A DNA stretch of 64,000 nucleotides, from assembly GCF_009914755.1 (NCBI RefSeq), contig NC_060943.1; one strand, given 5' to 3'. The DNA comes from the human T2T-CHM13v2.0 reference genome, Homo sapiens. Each line of letters opens with the position of its first letter. Position 1 is the first letter of the stretch. Of this stretch, positions 51,556 to 64,000 are shown piece by piece. Below the pieces are notes generated by a model, which did not search any database, was not told the DNA's origin, and saw only the letters and a list, made by a program, of their open reading frames with translations. The position numbers and the translations under genes were made by a program.

Positions 51556-54500
51556 TAGAAAAAGGCTTTCTGCAGATGCTTTGTGATGTGTACATTCATC
51601 TCACAGAGTTAAACCACTGTTTTGATTGAGCCATTTGGAAACACTTTCTGTACAATCTAACAAGGGATACTTGGGAGCACATTGAGGCCTATGGTGAAAA
51701 AGGAAGTATCTTGAGATAAAAAGTAGAAAGAGGCTTTCTAAGAAACTGCTTTGTGATGTGTGCATTCTTCTCAAAGAGTTAAATCTTCCTTTTGATTAAG
51801 CAATCTGGAACCACTGTTTTAATAGAATCTACAAAAGGAATATATGGGAGTCAATTGAGGCTGATTGTGTAAAAGGAAATGTATTCAGATAAAAACTAGA
51901 AAGGAGCATTCTGAGAAACTGATTTGTGATTAGTGCATTCATCTAACTGAGTTAAAACTGTCTTTTGATTGAGTAATTTGGAAATACTGTTTTGGTAGAA
52001 TCTGTGAAGGGATACGTGGGAGCACATTGTGACCTATTGTAAAAAAGGAAATAACTTCAGATAAAAATTAGAAAGAATCTTTCTGAGGAAATGCTTTGTG
52101 ATGAGTGCATTCATCTCACAGAGTTAAACAATTCTTTTGATTGAGCAGTTTGGAAACACTGTTTTTGTAGAATCTGAGAAGGGATATTTGGGAGCGCTTT
52201 GAGGCCTATGATGAAAAACTAAATATCTTCAGATAGAAACTGAAAACAAGCTTTCTGGGAAACTGCTTTTTGATGTACACATTCATCTCACAGAATTAAA
52301 CCTTTCTTTGGATGGAGCAGCTTGGAAACACTGTTTTGGTAGAATCTGCAATGGGATATTTTAAAGCACATCGAGGACTATGGTGAAAAAGGAAATAAGT
52401 TGAGAGAAAAGCCAGAAAGAAGCTTGCTGAGGAACTTTATTGTGATGTGTGCATTCATCTCACAGAGTTAAACCTTTCCTTTTATTGAGAAGTTTGGAAA
52501 AATTGTATTGGTAAAATCTGTGAAAGGATATTTGGGAGTGCTCTGAGTCATATGGTGAAAAAGGAAATATCTTCAGATAAAAACTAGAAAGAAGCTTTCT
52601 GAGAAACTACTTGGTGATATGTACATTCATCTCAGAGTTAAGCCTTTCTTTTGTTTGAGCAGTTTGGAAAACCACATTTGGTAGAATCTGTGAAAGTGTA
52701 TTTAGGAGCACTTTAAGGTTTATGGTTAAAATAGAATTATCTTCAGATAAAAACAAGAAACATGATTTCTCAGAAACCACTCTTTGATGTGAGCATTCAT
52801 CTCACAGAATTAAACCTTTCTGTTGATTGTGCAGTTTTGAAACACTGTTTTGTCAGTATCTGTGAAGGGATATTTGGGAGCACATTGAGGATGATGATGA
52901 AAAAGGAAATAGCTTCAGATAAAAACTAGTAAGAAGCTTTCTGAGAAACTGCTTTTTGATGAGTGCATTCGTCTCACAGTGTTAAACCTTTTTTTTATTA
53001 AGCCATATGGAAACACAGTTTTTGTAGGATCTTAGAAAGGATATTTGGGAGCACTTTGAAGCCTATGGTGAAAAAGGAAATATATTTAGAGAAAAACTAG
53101 AAAGAAACTTCCTGGGTAACTGCCTTGTGTTGTGTGCATTCATCCAACAGAGTTAAACCTTTCTTTTGATTGAGCAGTTTGGAAACACTGTTTTGGTAGT
53201 ATCTGTGCAGAAATATTTGGGAGCACATAGAGGCCTATGGTGAAAAAGTAAATACCTTTAGATAAAAACTAGAAAGGAGCTTTCTCTGGAAACTGCTTTG
53301 TGATATGAGCATCCTTGTCGCAGAGTTAAACCTTTCTTTTGATTGAGGAGTCTGTAAACACTGTTTAGTAGAATCTACAGAGGGATATAAGGGAGCGTAT
53401 TGAGACCTATGTTGAAACACGACATATACTGAGATAAAAAATAGAAAGAAGTTTTCTGAGAAACTGCTTTGAGATGAGTGCATTCATCTCACAGAGGTGA
53501 CCTTTCTTTTGATTGAGTAGTTTTGCAACACTGTTTTTGTGGAATCTAAGTAGGGTTATTTGGGAGTTCTTTAAGGCCTAGAATGAAAAATGAAATATCT
53601 TCAGATAAAAACTAGAATGAAGCTTTCTAAAAACTGCTTTGTGATGAGTGCATTCATCTCACAGAATTAAACCTTTCTTTAATTTGAGCAGTTTGGATAA
53701 ACTGTTTTTGTAGAATCTACAAATGAATATTTGGGAGTGCTTTGAGGCATATGGTGATAAAGGAAATCTCCTCAGATAAAAAGTAGAAGGAAGGCTTCTG
53801 GATAACTGCCTTGTGATGTGTGCATTCATCTCAAAGATTTAAATGTTTCTTTTGATTGAGCAGTTTGGAAACACTGTTTTTGTAGAATGTGTGAAGGGAT
53901 ATTTGGGATGGCATTGAGGCCTATGGTGAAAAAGGAAATATCTTCAGATAAAAACTAGAAAGAAATTTTCTGGGAAACTGCTTAGTGATGTGTTTATTCT
54001 CCTAACAGAGTTACACCTTTCCTTTGATTGAGCAGTTTGGAAACATTGTTTTTGTAGAATCTATGAAGGGAAACCTGGAAGCGCATTGTGTCCTACGATG
54101 TAAAAGGAAATATCTTGAGATAAAAACTAGAAAGAAGCTTTCTGAGAAACTGCTTTGTGATGTGTGCATTCATCTCACAGAGTTAAACCTTTCTTTTGTT
54201 TGAGTGGCTTGGAAAAACTCATGTGGTAGCATCTGCCAAGGGATATTTAGGAGCACATTGAGGGCTATGGTTAAAAACGAAATATCTTCTGATAAAAACT
54301 AGTAAGAAGATTTCTCAGAAAAAGTTTTGAGATGTGATCATTCATCTAACAGAATTAAACCTTTCTTTTGATTGTGTAGTTCAGAAACACTGTTTTGGGA
54401 GTATCTGGGAAGCTATATTTGGGAGCGCTTAGAGGCCTATGGTCAGTAAGAAAATATCTTCAGATAACAACTAGAAAGATGGTTTCTGAGAAACTTCTGT

Positions 54501-57500
54501 GATGTGTGCATTCTTCCAACAGAGATAAACCTTTCTTTAGATTGAGCAGTTTGGAAACACTGTTTTTGTAGAATCTATGAAGGGATATATGGATGTGAAA
54601 TTGAGGCCTATTATGAAAAAGGAAATATCTTCTGAGAAAAACTAGAAAGAAGCTTTCTGAATAACTGCTTTGTGGTGTGTGCATTCATCTCACAGAATTA
54701 AACCTTTCTTTTGATTGAGCAGTCTGGAAAGACTGTTTTTGTAGAACAAACGTGGGATTTATGAGACTGCATTGAGGACTAGGGTGAAACAGGAAGTATC
54801 GTCAGAGTAAAACTAGAAAGAAGCATTCTGAGAAACTGCTTTGTGATATGTGCATGCATATCCCAGAGTTAAACTTTTCCTTTAATCGAAGAGTTTGGAA
54901 ACACTGTTTTTGTAGAATCTGCAAAGGGATATTTGGGAGCACTTTGTGGGTTATGGTGAAAAATGAAATATCTTCAGAGAAAAACTCAAAAGAAGTTCTC
55001 TCAGAAACTGCTTTGTGAAGTGTGGTTTCTTCTCACAGAGTTACACCTTTCTTCCAATTGAGCAGTTTGGAAACACTGTTTTGGTAGAATCTGTAAAGGG
55101 ATATTTGGGAGTGCATTGAGGCTTATGGTGACAAAGGAAATATTTTCAGATAAAAACTAGAAAGAAGGTTCTTCAGAATCTGCTTTTTGATGTGCTCATT
55201 CTTCTCACAGAGGTAAACCTTTCTTTTGATTGAGCAGTCTGGAAACACTGTTCTTGTAGAATCTGCAAAGTGATATATGGGAAAGCATTGAGGCCTACTG
55301 AGAAAAAGGAAATACCTTCAGAGAAAAACTAGAAGGAAGATTTCTGAAAAACTGCTATCTGATGTGTGCATTCTTGTTACAGAGTTAAACCTTTCTGTTT
55401 ATTGTGCAGTTTGGCAACACAGTTTTTGTGGAATCTGAGAAGGAATATTTGGGAGCACTTTGAGGCCTATAGTGAAAACGGGAAGGTCTTCAGATAAAAA
55501 GTAGAAATAAGATTTCTGGGAAACTGCTTTGTGAAGAGTGCATTCATCACACAGATTTAAAACTTTCTTTTGATTGAGCAGTTTGGAAACACTTTTTTGC
55601 AGAATCTGGGAAAGGATATTTGGGAGTGCTTTGAGGCATATGGTGAAAAACAAAATATCTTCAGATAAAAACTGGAAACAGTCTTTCTGGGAAACCACTT
55701 TTTGGTGTGTGCATTCATCTCACAGAGTTAAACCTCTCTTTTGATTGACCAGTTTAGAAACACTGTTTTTGTATAATCTGAGAAGGGATATTTGGAACCA
55801 CTTGGTGACCTATGGTGAAAAACAAAATATCCTCAGATAAAAACTGGAAGCAAGCTTCCCAGGAAACTACTCTGCAATGTTTGCATTCATCTCACGGAGG
55901 TAAACCATTCTTTTGATTGAGCAGTTTTGAAAAATGTTTTTGGTAGAATCTGCAAAGGGATATTAAGGAATGCATTGAAGCCTATGGTGAAAAAGGAAAT
56001 ATCTTCAGAGAAAATCTAGAAAGAAGCTTTCTGAGAAACTGCTTTGTGAAGTGTGCATTCTTCTCACAGAGTTAAACCTTTCCTTTGATTAAGCAGTTTG
56101 GAAACACTGTATTGGTAGTATCTGTGAAGGGATATTTGGGAGCACTTTGGGGCCTATGGTGGAAAAGGAAATATCTTCAGATAAAAACTAGCAAGAACCT
56201 TTCTGAGAAACTGCTTTGTGATGTGTGCATTCATCTCACAGATTTAAACCTTTCCTTTCTTTGAGGAGTTTAGAAAAACTCTTTTGGTAGAATCTGCGAA
56301 GGGATATTTAGGAGCACATTGAGGGCTATAGTTAAAAAAGAAATATCTTCAGATAAAATCTAGGAAGACAGTTTCTGAGAAACTGCTTTGTGTTGTGTGT
56401 ATTCATCTCACATAATTAAACCTTTCTTTTGATTGTGCATTTTGGAACCATGGTTATGGGAGTATTGCAAAAAAAGATATTTGGAGCACATTGAGGATGA
56501 TGGTGAAAAAGGATATATCTTCAGATAAGAACTAGAAAGCAGCTTTGTCAGAAACCACATTGGATGTGTGCATTCTTCTCACAGAATTAAATGTTTCTTT
56601 TGATTGTGCCCTTTCAAAAGTCTGTTTTGGTAGCATCTGCAAAGGAATATTTGGGAGTGCTTTGAGGCCTATGGTGAAAGACAAAATATCTTCAGATAAA
56701 AACTAGAAAACAGATTCCTGATAAACTGCTTGGTGATGAGTGAATTCACCTCACAGAATTAAACTTTTCTTTTGATTAAGCAGGTTGGAAACACTGTTTT
56801 GGTAGAATTTGCAAAGGGATATTTGGGAGTGCATTGGGGCCTATGGTGAAAAAGTTAATATCTTCACATAGATACTATAAAGAAGCTTTCTCTGAAACTG
56901 CTTTGTGATGTGTACCTTCTTCTCAAAGAGTTAAACTTTTCTTTTGATTCAGGCTTTGGAATCACTGTTTTTGTAGAAACTGTGAAAGGATATTTGGGAG
57001 TACATGAGGACTATGGTGAAATAAGTTATAGCTTCAGATAAAAACTACAAAGAAGCTTTCTCAGAAACAGCTTTGTGTTATGCACATTCTTCTCACAGAG
57101 TTAAACCTTTTTTTGGATTGAATAGTTTGGAAACACAGATTTTGTAGAATCTGCAAATTTATATTTGGGAGCACATTGAGGCTTATGGTGAAAAAGAAAA
57201 TATCTGCAGATAAATACTAGAAAGAACCTTTTTCAGAAACCAGAAACTGCTTTGTGACGTGTGTATTTTTCTCACACATTTAAGCCTTTTTTTTTGATTG
57301 AGCAATTTGGAAAGACTGTTTTTGTAGAATCTGTGAAGGGATATTTTGGAACACATTGAGGCCTACGGTTAAAAAGGAAATAATTTCAGAGAAAAAATAG
57401 AAAAACCTTTCTGAGAACCTGCTTTGTGATGTGGGAATTCTTCTCACAGAGCTAAACCCTTCTTTTGATTCAGCAGTTTGTAAACAGTTTTGGTAGAATC

Positions 57501-60500
57501 TGGGAAGGGATATTTGGGAGCGTATTGAGGCCAATGGTAAAAATGGAAATATCTTCAGATAAAAACTAGAAAGAAGCTTTCTTAGAATCCACTTTGGGAT
57601 GAGTGCATTCATCTCACAGAGTTAAAACTTTCTTTTGATTGAGCAGTTTGTCACACTGTTTTTGTGGAATCTTGAAAGGGATATTTGGCTGTGGTTTGAG
57701 GCCTATGGTGAAAAATGAATTACTTTCAGATAAAAACTAGAAAGAGGCATTCTGGGTAACTGCCCTGTGGTGTGTGTATTCATCTCACAGAGTTAAACCT
57801 TTCCTTTGATTGAGCAGTTTCACAACAGTTTTTTTGTAGAACCTGAGATGGGATATTTAGGAGAACTATGAGGCCTATGGTGAAAAATGAAATATCTTCA
57901 GATAAAACAAGAAAGAAGCTTTCTGGGAAACTACTTTGTGACGTGTGCATTCATCTCACAGAGTTCAACCTTTCTTTTGATTGAGCAGTTTGGAACACTG
58001 TTTTGATAGAATCAGGAAAGGGAAATTTGGGAGTGCATTCAGGCCTAGGGTGAAAAAGGAAATATATTCAGATAACAACTAGAAAGAAGCTTTCTCAGAG
58101 GCCATTTTGTGATCTTTTCATTCTTCTCACAGAGTTAAACCTTTTCTTGGTTGATTGCTCTGGAAAAACTCTATTGGTAGAATTTTTGAAGGGATATTTT
58201 TGAGTGCATTGAGGCCTATGGTGAAAAAGGAAATATCTTCAGATAAAAAATAGAAAGAAGCTTTCTGGGAAACTGCTTTGTGATGTTCTCATTCTTCTCA
58301 CAGAGTTAAACCTTTCTTTTGATTGAGCAGGCTGGAAACACTGTTTTTGTAAAATCTGCAAAGAGATATTTGGGAGCACATTGAGGCCTATCATGAAAAA
58401 GGAAATATCTTTAGATAAAAACTTCAAAGAAGCTTTCTCATAAACCACACTGTCATGTGTTCATTCTTCTCACAGAGTTAAACCTTTCTTTTGATTGAGC
58501 CATCTGGAAAAACTGTTTTGGTAAAATCTGCAAAGGGATATTTGGAAGTGCATTGAGGCCTATGGTGAAAAAGGAAATATCTTCAGATAAAATGTAGAAA
58601 GAAGATTTCACAGAAACTGCTTTGTTATGTGTGTATTCTTTTAACAGAGATAAACATTTCCTTTGATTGAGGAGTTTGGCAGCACACTTTCTGTGGAATC
58701 TGAGAAGGGATATTTTGGAGCTATTTAAGGCCTAGGGTGAAAAAGGAAATATCTTCAGATAAAAAGTAGAAAGAAGCTTTCTGCGAAACTGCTTCATGAT
58801 ATTTGTATTCATCTCACAGAGTTAAACTTTTCTTTTGATTGAGCAGTTTGGCAACAGTGTTTTTGTAGAATCTGAGAAGAGATAATTGACAGTGGTGTGA
58901 GACCTATGGAGAAAAAAGAAATATCTACATATAAAACTAGAAAGAAGCTTTCTAGGAAACTGCTTTGTGATGTATGCATTCGTGCACAGTGTTAAATCTT
59001 TCTTTTGCTTGAGAAGTTTTGTAACACTGTTTTTGTAGTATCTACAAAGGAATATTTTGGAGCACATTGCTGCTTAAGTTGAAAAACGAAATATCTACAG
59101 ATTAATACTAGAAAGAAGGTTTCTCACAAACTGCTTTGTGAAGTGTGCATTCTTCTCACAGAGTTAAACCTTTCTTTTGATCAAACAAATTGGAAACACT
59201 GTTTTTGTAGAACCTGTGAAGGGATATTTTGGAGCACTTATAGGCCTACGCTGAAAATGGAAATATCTTCAGATAAACACTAGAAAGACGTTTTCTCAGA
59301 ACTACTTTGGATGTGTGCATTCTTCTCATAGATTTAAGCCTTTCTTTTGATTGAGCAGTTTGGAAACACTGTTTTTGTAGGATCTATGCAGGGATATTTG
59401 GGAGAGCATTGAGGCCTATGGTGAAAAACTAAATATCTTCAGATAAAAAAGAAAAACAAGCTTTCTGGGAAACGGCTTTGTGATGTGTGCATTCACCTCA
59501 CAGAATTAAACTTTTTTTTGATTGAACAGTTTGAATATACTGTTTTTGTAGAATCTGTGAAGGTATATCTGGGAGCAGTTGGAGGCCTACTGTGAAAAAG
59601 GAAATGTCTTCAGACAAAAAGTAGAAGGAAGATTTGCCAAAAACTGCTTTGTGATGTGTGCATTCTTCTCACAGTGTTAAATCATTCTTTTGTTTGAGCA
59701 GTTTGGGAAACTGTTTTGGTAGAATCTGTGAAGGGATATTTGGGAGCACCTTGTGGCCTGTGGTGAAAAAGGAAATATCTTCAGAGAAAAACTAGAAAGA
59801 AGCTTTCAGAGAAACTGTTTTGTGTTGGGTGCATTCATCTCACAGAGTTAAACTTTTCTTTTCATTGAGCAGTTTGGAAACACTGTTTTTTTAGAATCTT
59901 CAAAGGGATATTTGGGAGCCATTAGAGGCCTATGTTGAAAAACAAAACATATTTGAGAAAAACCTGAAAGAAGCTTTCTGAGAAACTGCGTTGAGATGGG
60001 TGAATTCGCCTCACAGATTTAAACTTAAATTTTGATTGAGCAGTTTGGAAACCCTGTTTTGGTAGAATCTGTGAATGGATTTCTCAGAGCACTTTTAGGC
60101 CTATGATAAAAAAGGAAACTTTTTTTATCAGGGTTTTTGTGAAATCTGAGAAGGGATATTTGGAAACATTTAGAGGCCTATGGTGAAAAGTGAAATATCT
60201 TCAGAGAGAAACAAGAAAGAAGCTTTCTAAGAAACTGCTTTGTGGTGTGTGCATTCATCTGACACAGTTAAGCCTCTCTTTTGATTGAGCAGTTTGGAAA
60301 TTCAGTTTTTGTAGAATCTTTGAAAGGATATATGGGAGAGAATGGAAGTCTATGGTGAAAAAGGCAATGCCTTCAGAGAAAATCTAGAAAGAAGCTATCT
60401 GAGAAACTGCTTTGTGAGGAGTGCATTCATCTCACAGATTTAAACCTTTCTTTTGATTGAGCAGTTTTGAAACACTGTTTTTGTAGAGTCTGCAAAAGGA

Positions 60501-63500
60501 TATTTGGGAATGCTTTGAGGCCTATGGTGAAACAGGAAATATCATCAGATAAAAACTAGAAAGAAGGTTTCTGAGAAACTGCTTTGTGATGAGTACATTC
60601 ATCTCACAGAGTTAAACCTCTCTTTGGATTAAGCAGTTGGAAAGAGTGTTTTTGTGGAATCTGAGAAGGGATATTTGGGAACATTTAGGGGCCTATGGTG
60701 AAAAATTAAGTATCTTGAGATAAAAACCAGAAAGAAACTTTCTAAGAAACTTCTTTGTGATGTGTGCATTCATCTCACAGAATTAAACCTCTATTTTGAT
60801 TGAGCAGTTTAGAAACACTGTTTTTGTAGAATCTGTGAAAGGATATATGGGAGTGCATTAAAGCCTATGGTGAAAAAGGAAATATCTTCAGAGAAAATCT
60901 ACAGAGAAGCTTTCTGAGAAACTGCTTTGTGATGTGTGCATTCTTCTCACAATGTCAAACCTTTCTTTTGATTGAGCAGTCTGGAAACATTGTTTTTGTA
61001 GAATCTATGAAGGGGTATATGGGAGTGCACCGAGGCCTATGGTGAAAATGGAAATATCTTTGAGAAAAACTAGAAACAGGCTTTCTGAGAAATTGCTTTG
61101 TGATATGTGCATTGATCTCACTGAGGTAAACCTATCTTTTGATTGAGCAGTTTGGAAACACTGTTTTGGTAGAATCTGCAAAAGGATATTTCAGAGTGCT
61201 TTCATACCTATGGTAAAATAGGAAATATCTTCAGATAAAACCTAGAAAGAAGCTCTCTGAGAAACTGCTTTGGGATGAGCACATTCATCTCACGTAGTGA
61301 AACCTTTCTTTTTATTTAGCAGTTTTGCAACAGTGTTTTTGTAGTATCTGAGAAGGGCTATTTTGGAGTGCATTGAGGCCTATGGTGAAAAACAAAATAT
61401 CTTCAGATAAAAACAAGAAAGAAGCGTTCTGGGAAACTGCTTTGTGATGTGTGCATTCATCTCACTGAGTAAAACTTTTCTTTTGGTTGAGCAGTTTGGA
61501 AACACTGTTTTGGTAAAATCTGCAAAGAGATATTTGGGAGCCCATTGTGGCCTACGCTGAAAAATGAAATATCTTAAGAGAAAAACTAGAAAGAAGCTTT
61601 CTGAGACACTGTTTTGTGATGAGTCCATTCATTTCAGAGAGTTAAACCTTTCCTTTGATTGAGCATTTTGGAAACACTCTTTTCATAGAATCTGCAAAGG
61701 GATATATGGGACTACATTGAGACCTATGGTGAAAAAGGAAATATCTTCAGATGAATAGTTGAAAGAAGTTTTTCAGAGTCTCCTTTTTGTTGTGTGCATT
61801 CTTCTCACAAAGTTAAACCTTTCTTTTGATTAAGCAGTTTGGGAACACTGTTTAGTATAATCTGCAAAAGCATATATAGGAGCACATTAAGGTGTATTGT
61901 GAAAAAGAAAATCTCTTCAGGGAAAAACTGGAAAGAAGCTTTGTGAGAAACTGTTTATTGATGTGTGAATTCATCTCACAGAGTTAACCTTTCCTTTGAA
62001 TGAGCAGCTTGGAAACACTGTTATGGTGGAATCTGCGAAGGTATATATGGGAGCACATTGAGGCCTTTGATGAAAAAGAAATATCTACAGAGAAAAACTA
62101 GAAAGAAGTTTTCTAAGAAATTGCTTGTGATGTGTGCATTCATCTCACAGAGTTAAACCTTTCTTTTGATTGCAGTTTGGAAACACTGTTTTGGAAGTAT
62201 CTGCGAAGGGATGTTTTGGAGTGCATTGAGGCCTATGGTGAAAAAGGAAATATCTTCACATAAAAGCTAGAAAGAAGCGTCCTCAGAAACCACTTTGTGA
62301 TGTGTGCATTCTTCTCACAGAGTTAAATCTTCGTTTTCATGGAGAGTTTGGAAACACTGTTTTGGTAGCATCTGTGAAGGGATATTTGGGAGCCCTTTGA
62401 GGTCTATTTTGAAAAAGGAAATATCTTCAGATAAAAACTGGAAAGAAGCTCTCTGAGAAACTGCTTTGTGATGAATGCATTTGACTCGCAGAGATAAACC
62501 TTTCTTTTGATTGAGCAGTTTGGTAACACTGTTTTTGTAGACTCCTCGAAGGCATATATTTGAGCTCATTAAAGCTTATTTTAAAGGAGGAAATATCTTC
62601 AGGGAAAAACTATAAAGAAGCTTCCTCAGAAACTGTTTTGTGATATGCTCATTCTTCTCACAGAGTTAAAACTTTCTTTTTATTAAGCAATCTGGAAACA
62701 ATGTTTTTTTAGAATCTGCGAAGGGATATTTGGGAGCTCCTTGAGGCTTTTGGAGTTAAAGGAAATATCTTCAGAGAAAAACTAAAAAGAAGCTTTCTGA
62801 GAAAGTGCTTTGTGATGAGAGCACTCATCTCACAGAGTTAAAACGTTCTTTTGATTGAGCAGTGTGGAAACACTGTTTTTGTAGAATCTGTGATGGAATA
62901 TTTGGGAGTGCAATGAGGCCTATGCTGAAAAAGGAAACATCTTCAGATAAAAACCTGAAAGAAACTTTTTCAGAAACTGTTTTGTGATACATGCATTCTT
63001 CTCAAAGAATTAAACCTTTCTTTTTATTGAGCAGTTTGGAAACACTGTTTTTGTAGAATATGCCAAGGGATATTTGGGAACATATTGATGCCTATTGTGA
63101 GAAAGGAAATATCCTCAGATAAAAACAAGAAAGATTGTTTATGAGAAACTGCTTTGTGACATGTGCATTCTTCTCACAGAGTTAAACCTTTCTTTAGATT
63201 GAGCAGTCAGGAAGCACTGTTTTTGTAAAATCTACGAAGGGATATATGGGTGCACATTGAGGTCTATGGTGAAAAAGGAAATTCCATCAGAGAAAAACTA
63301 GAATGAAGCTTTTTGAGAAGCTGCTTTGTGATGTGTGCAATCATCTCACAGAGTTAAAGTTTTAGTTTGATTGACCAGTTTGGAAACACTGATTTTGTAG
63401 AATCTGTAAAAGGATATTTGGGAACACATTAAGGCCTATGGTGAAAAAGGAATTATCTTCAGATGAAAACTAGAAAGATGCTTTCTTGAGAAACTGATTT

Positions 63501-64000
63501 GTGTTGTATGCATTCATCTCACAGAGTTACATCTTTATTTTGCTTGAGCAGTTTGGAAATACTGTTTTGTTAGAATCTGCAAAGGGATATTTGGGAGCTT
63601 CTTGAGGCCTATGGTCAAAAAGGACATAACTTCAGATAGAAACTAGAAAGAAGAATTTGACGCACTGCTTTGTGTTGTGTGCATTCATCTCACATAGTTA
63701 ATGCTTTCTTTTGATTGAGCAGCTTGGGGAGACTGTTTTTGTAGAATCTGTGATGGGATATTTGGAAGTGCATTGAAATCTATGGTGAAAAAGGAAATAT
63801 CCTCAGAAAAAAAGTAGAAATATTTCTGAGTAACAGTTTTGTGAGTTGTGCACTCATCTCACAGAGTTACACCTTTCTTTTGATTGAGCAGTTTGGAAAC
63901 ACTATTTTTGTAGAATATGCAAAGGGATATTTGAGAATGTAATAAGACCTATGGTGAAAAAGGAAATATCTTCACATAAAAATTAGGAAGATTTCTGAGA
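51556..64000 (+). repeat. Divergent monomeric alpha satellite, layer A
   Basis: Same 172-bp unit to the end of the window. Confidence 0.98.

Overview
This is primate (hominoid-like) pericentromeric DNA with no host gene. About 52 kb is divergent monomeric alpha satellite made of ~172-bp monomers, all in one orientation, with no CENP-B box seen. It falls into two sequence layers. Layer A (GTGCATTC / AAGCTTTCTGAG / AAGGAAATATCTTC) occupies ~140-26365 and ~39745-64000. Layer B (GTGGATTC / AAGCTATCTGTG / AACCGAATATCCCC) occupies 1-~140 and 26607-~39740. Four retroelements interrupt the array: a 5'-truncated L1PA (10892-11754, +), a truncated HERV-K-class LTR sitting exactly on a layer boundary (26366-26606, -), a 3'-truncated HERV-K11/HML-8 provirus (MER11 LTR, PBS, gag, dUTPase; 27201-30796, +), and a near full-length L1PA with an internal duplication-inversion-duplication (45034-51555, -). 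I see no evidence for a new protein-coding system; the listed ORFs are satellite noise or decayed retroelement frames. The notable signals are structural: the provirus is flanked by a ~290-bp direct repeat instead of a short TSD, the same layer junction occurs twice ~39.6 kb apart, the large L1 has a complex rearrangement, and the 'monomeric' array is a mosaic of fossil block duplications and templated insertions. Family and subfamily names come from my recall of consensus sequences, and identities are hand counts.
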